A stretch of DNA of 14,652 bases, from the NCBI GenBank assembly GCA_037443265.1, contig JBBIOR010000002.1:22755-37406 (forward strand), in the 5' to 3' direction. Shown here in pieces: positions 13,871 through 14,652 of the stretch. The position numbers were made by a program, and so were the translations under genes. Position 1 is the stretch's first letter, and each line of letters opens with the position of its first letter. Under the pieces are notes generated by a model. The model did no database searches and was not told the DNA's origin. It saw only the letters and a list, made by a program, of their open reading frames with translations. The DNA comes from Candidatus Fraserbacteria bacterium. Its GTDB lineage: Bacteria; Bipolaricaulota; Bipolaricaulia; RBG-16-55-9.

Positions 13871-14638
13871 CTATCCCTGCCCTCTATTAGATGGGGAAAG
13901 CCGCTGCAGGACCGGCTTATATCCCCGCCAGCTCACCCAGCCCAAGGGCAGCAGAATGAGAGGAGCTGCCCAGAAGAGCACACGCCACCACAACGAGCCA
14001 TAGGGTGGGATAAAGCGCAGACCCTCCCAGGACCGAGAGGATGAACCGCTGCCTGTGCCACTGACGCTTTGGGTTTGGCCCTCTATTGAGAAGCGTTGGG
14101 GCTGGCTTAAGTCACCGTGCGCGTAGGTGTAAAGGTGATAACCGAATGCAGCGGGTATGAGTAAGAGGAGCGTGATCAATGCCAGTAAAAGCATTGGATA
14201 AGCTCCTCTCAGGCTGATTCTTTTAACTAAGCCTAGGCCCCAGGCGATGCTCAGAACTGCTCCTAAGATGATGGCTAGGAGCAGGCCCATCTGCCATTCG
14301 TTAGCGAGGCGCTCTTGAGTTGCTTTCATGTTTTCCACTAGAGCAGTGTATTCATCAGGGATGTTAACCGAACTGTACTGTGCCTGCATGAAGGATATAT
14401 CGTTCGCACTCAGGCGGAGGAACGTAGCCATCTGGTCTTCAATGCTGAGATAAATCTGATGTACTACCAGATAGGAGATGGATATCAAATAGAGTAACGC
14501 TGAGAACAACAAAGCGGATCTGAAGTCGATGAGTTGCGCTGGCTTGCTTGAGGAGGAGACCGCAAGGGAGTTGAATAGAAATCGAATTAGGAGCGCAAAG
14601 AGAACCAAACCAAGAATAGCTATAACGGCATACCCCAT
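13871..14638 (-). CDS. Hypothetical multi-pass membrane protein (may extend beyond the right edge)
   Basis: About 5 hydrophobic segments and a Ser/Gly-rich linker (SVSGTGSGSSSRS). No in-frame stop between 14638 and the window end, so the start is unconfirmed. Confidence 0.7.
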   Translation of the reverse strand: MGYAVIAILGLVLFALLIRFLFNSLAVSSSSKPAQLIDFRSALLFSALLYLISISYLVVHQIYLSIEDQMATFLRLSANDISFMQAQYSSVNIPDEYTALVENMKATQERLANEWQMGLLLAIILGAVLSIAWGLGLVKRISLRGAYPMLLLALITLLLLIPAAFGYHLYTYAHGDLSQPQRFSIEGQTQSVSGTGSGSSSRSWEGLRFIPPYGSLWWRVLFWAAPLILLPLGWVSWRGYKPVLQRLSPSNRGQG

Positions 14639-14652
14639 GGTGGCAAGACCGA

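Noticed and set aside
14635..14644. Perfect Kozak-like GCCACCATGG at the membrane gene ATG (minus strand)
   Set aside because: Prokaryotic context with no other eukaryotic or vector features, and the ATG may not be the true start; treated as chance.
1..14652. CRISPR array, tRNA/rRNA, IS element
   Set aside because: No spaced repeats, cloverleaf or transposase ORF seen; nearly all sequence is accounted for by CDSs and short intergenic gaps.

Overview
A gene-dense, moderately GC-rich prokaryotic chromosomal region (probably bacterial, given sigma70-type promoters and AGGAG ribosome-binding sites). No rRNA, tRNA, CRISPR array or transposase was seen. Left to right: (1) the 5' end of a CsoR/RcnR-family repressor gene (minus strand, cut by the window edge, missed by the ORF track), with a G/C-tract operator and nested palindromes upstream. 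(2) A minus-strand three-subunit molybdo-flavo-FeS enzyme of the 4-hydroxybenzoyl-CoA reductase (HcrCAB) type. A hicB-hicA toxin-antitoxin pair sits between its large and FAD subunits, the large subunit has Gln at the canonical catalytic Glu position, and the FAD subunit has an expanded [4Fe-4S] loop. (3) A divergent MoeB/ThiF adenylyltransferase. (4) A tightly coupled 7-gene minus-strand operon: Mn-type SOD, glutamate dehydrogenase, archaeal-type phosphoglycerate mutase ApgM, ferritin, MmgE/PrpD dehydratase, a ComA-fold protein resembling plant HSA32 rather than true ComA, and a TIGR01777 SDR. (5) An MBL-fold hydrolase and an AT-richer unknown membrane protein. The best candidates for undescribed biology are the PrpD + HSA32-like (+SDR) module inside an oxidative/iron-stress operon, and the Glu->Gln Hcr-like enzyme. 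All family calls rest on motifs read by eye; reference residue numbers are recalled from the literature and need alignment to confirm.
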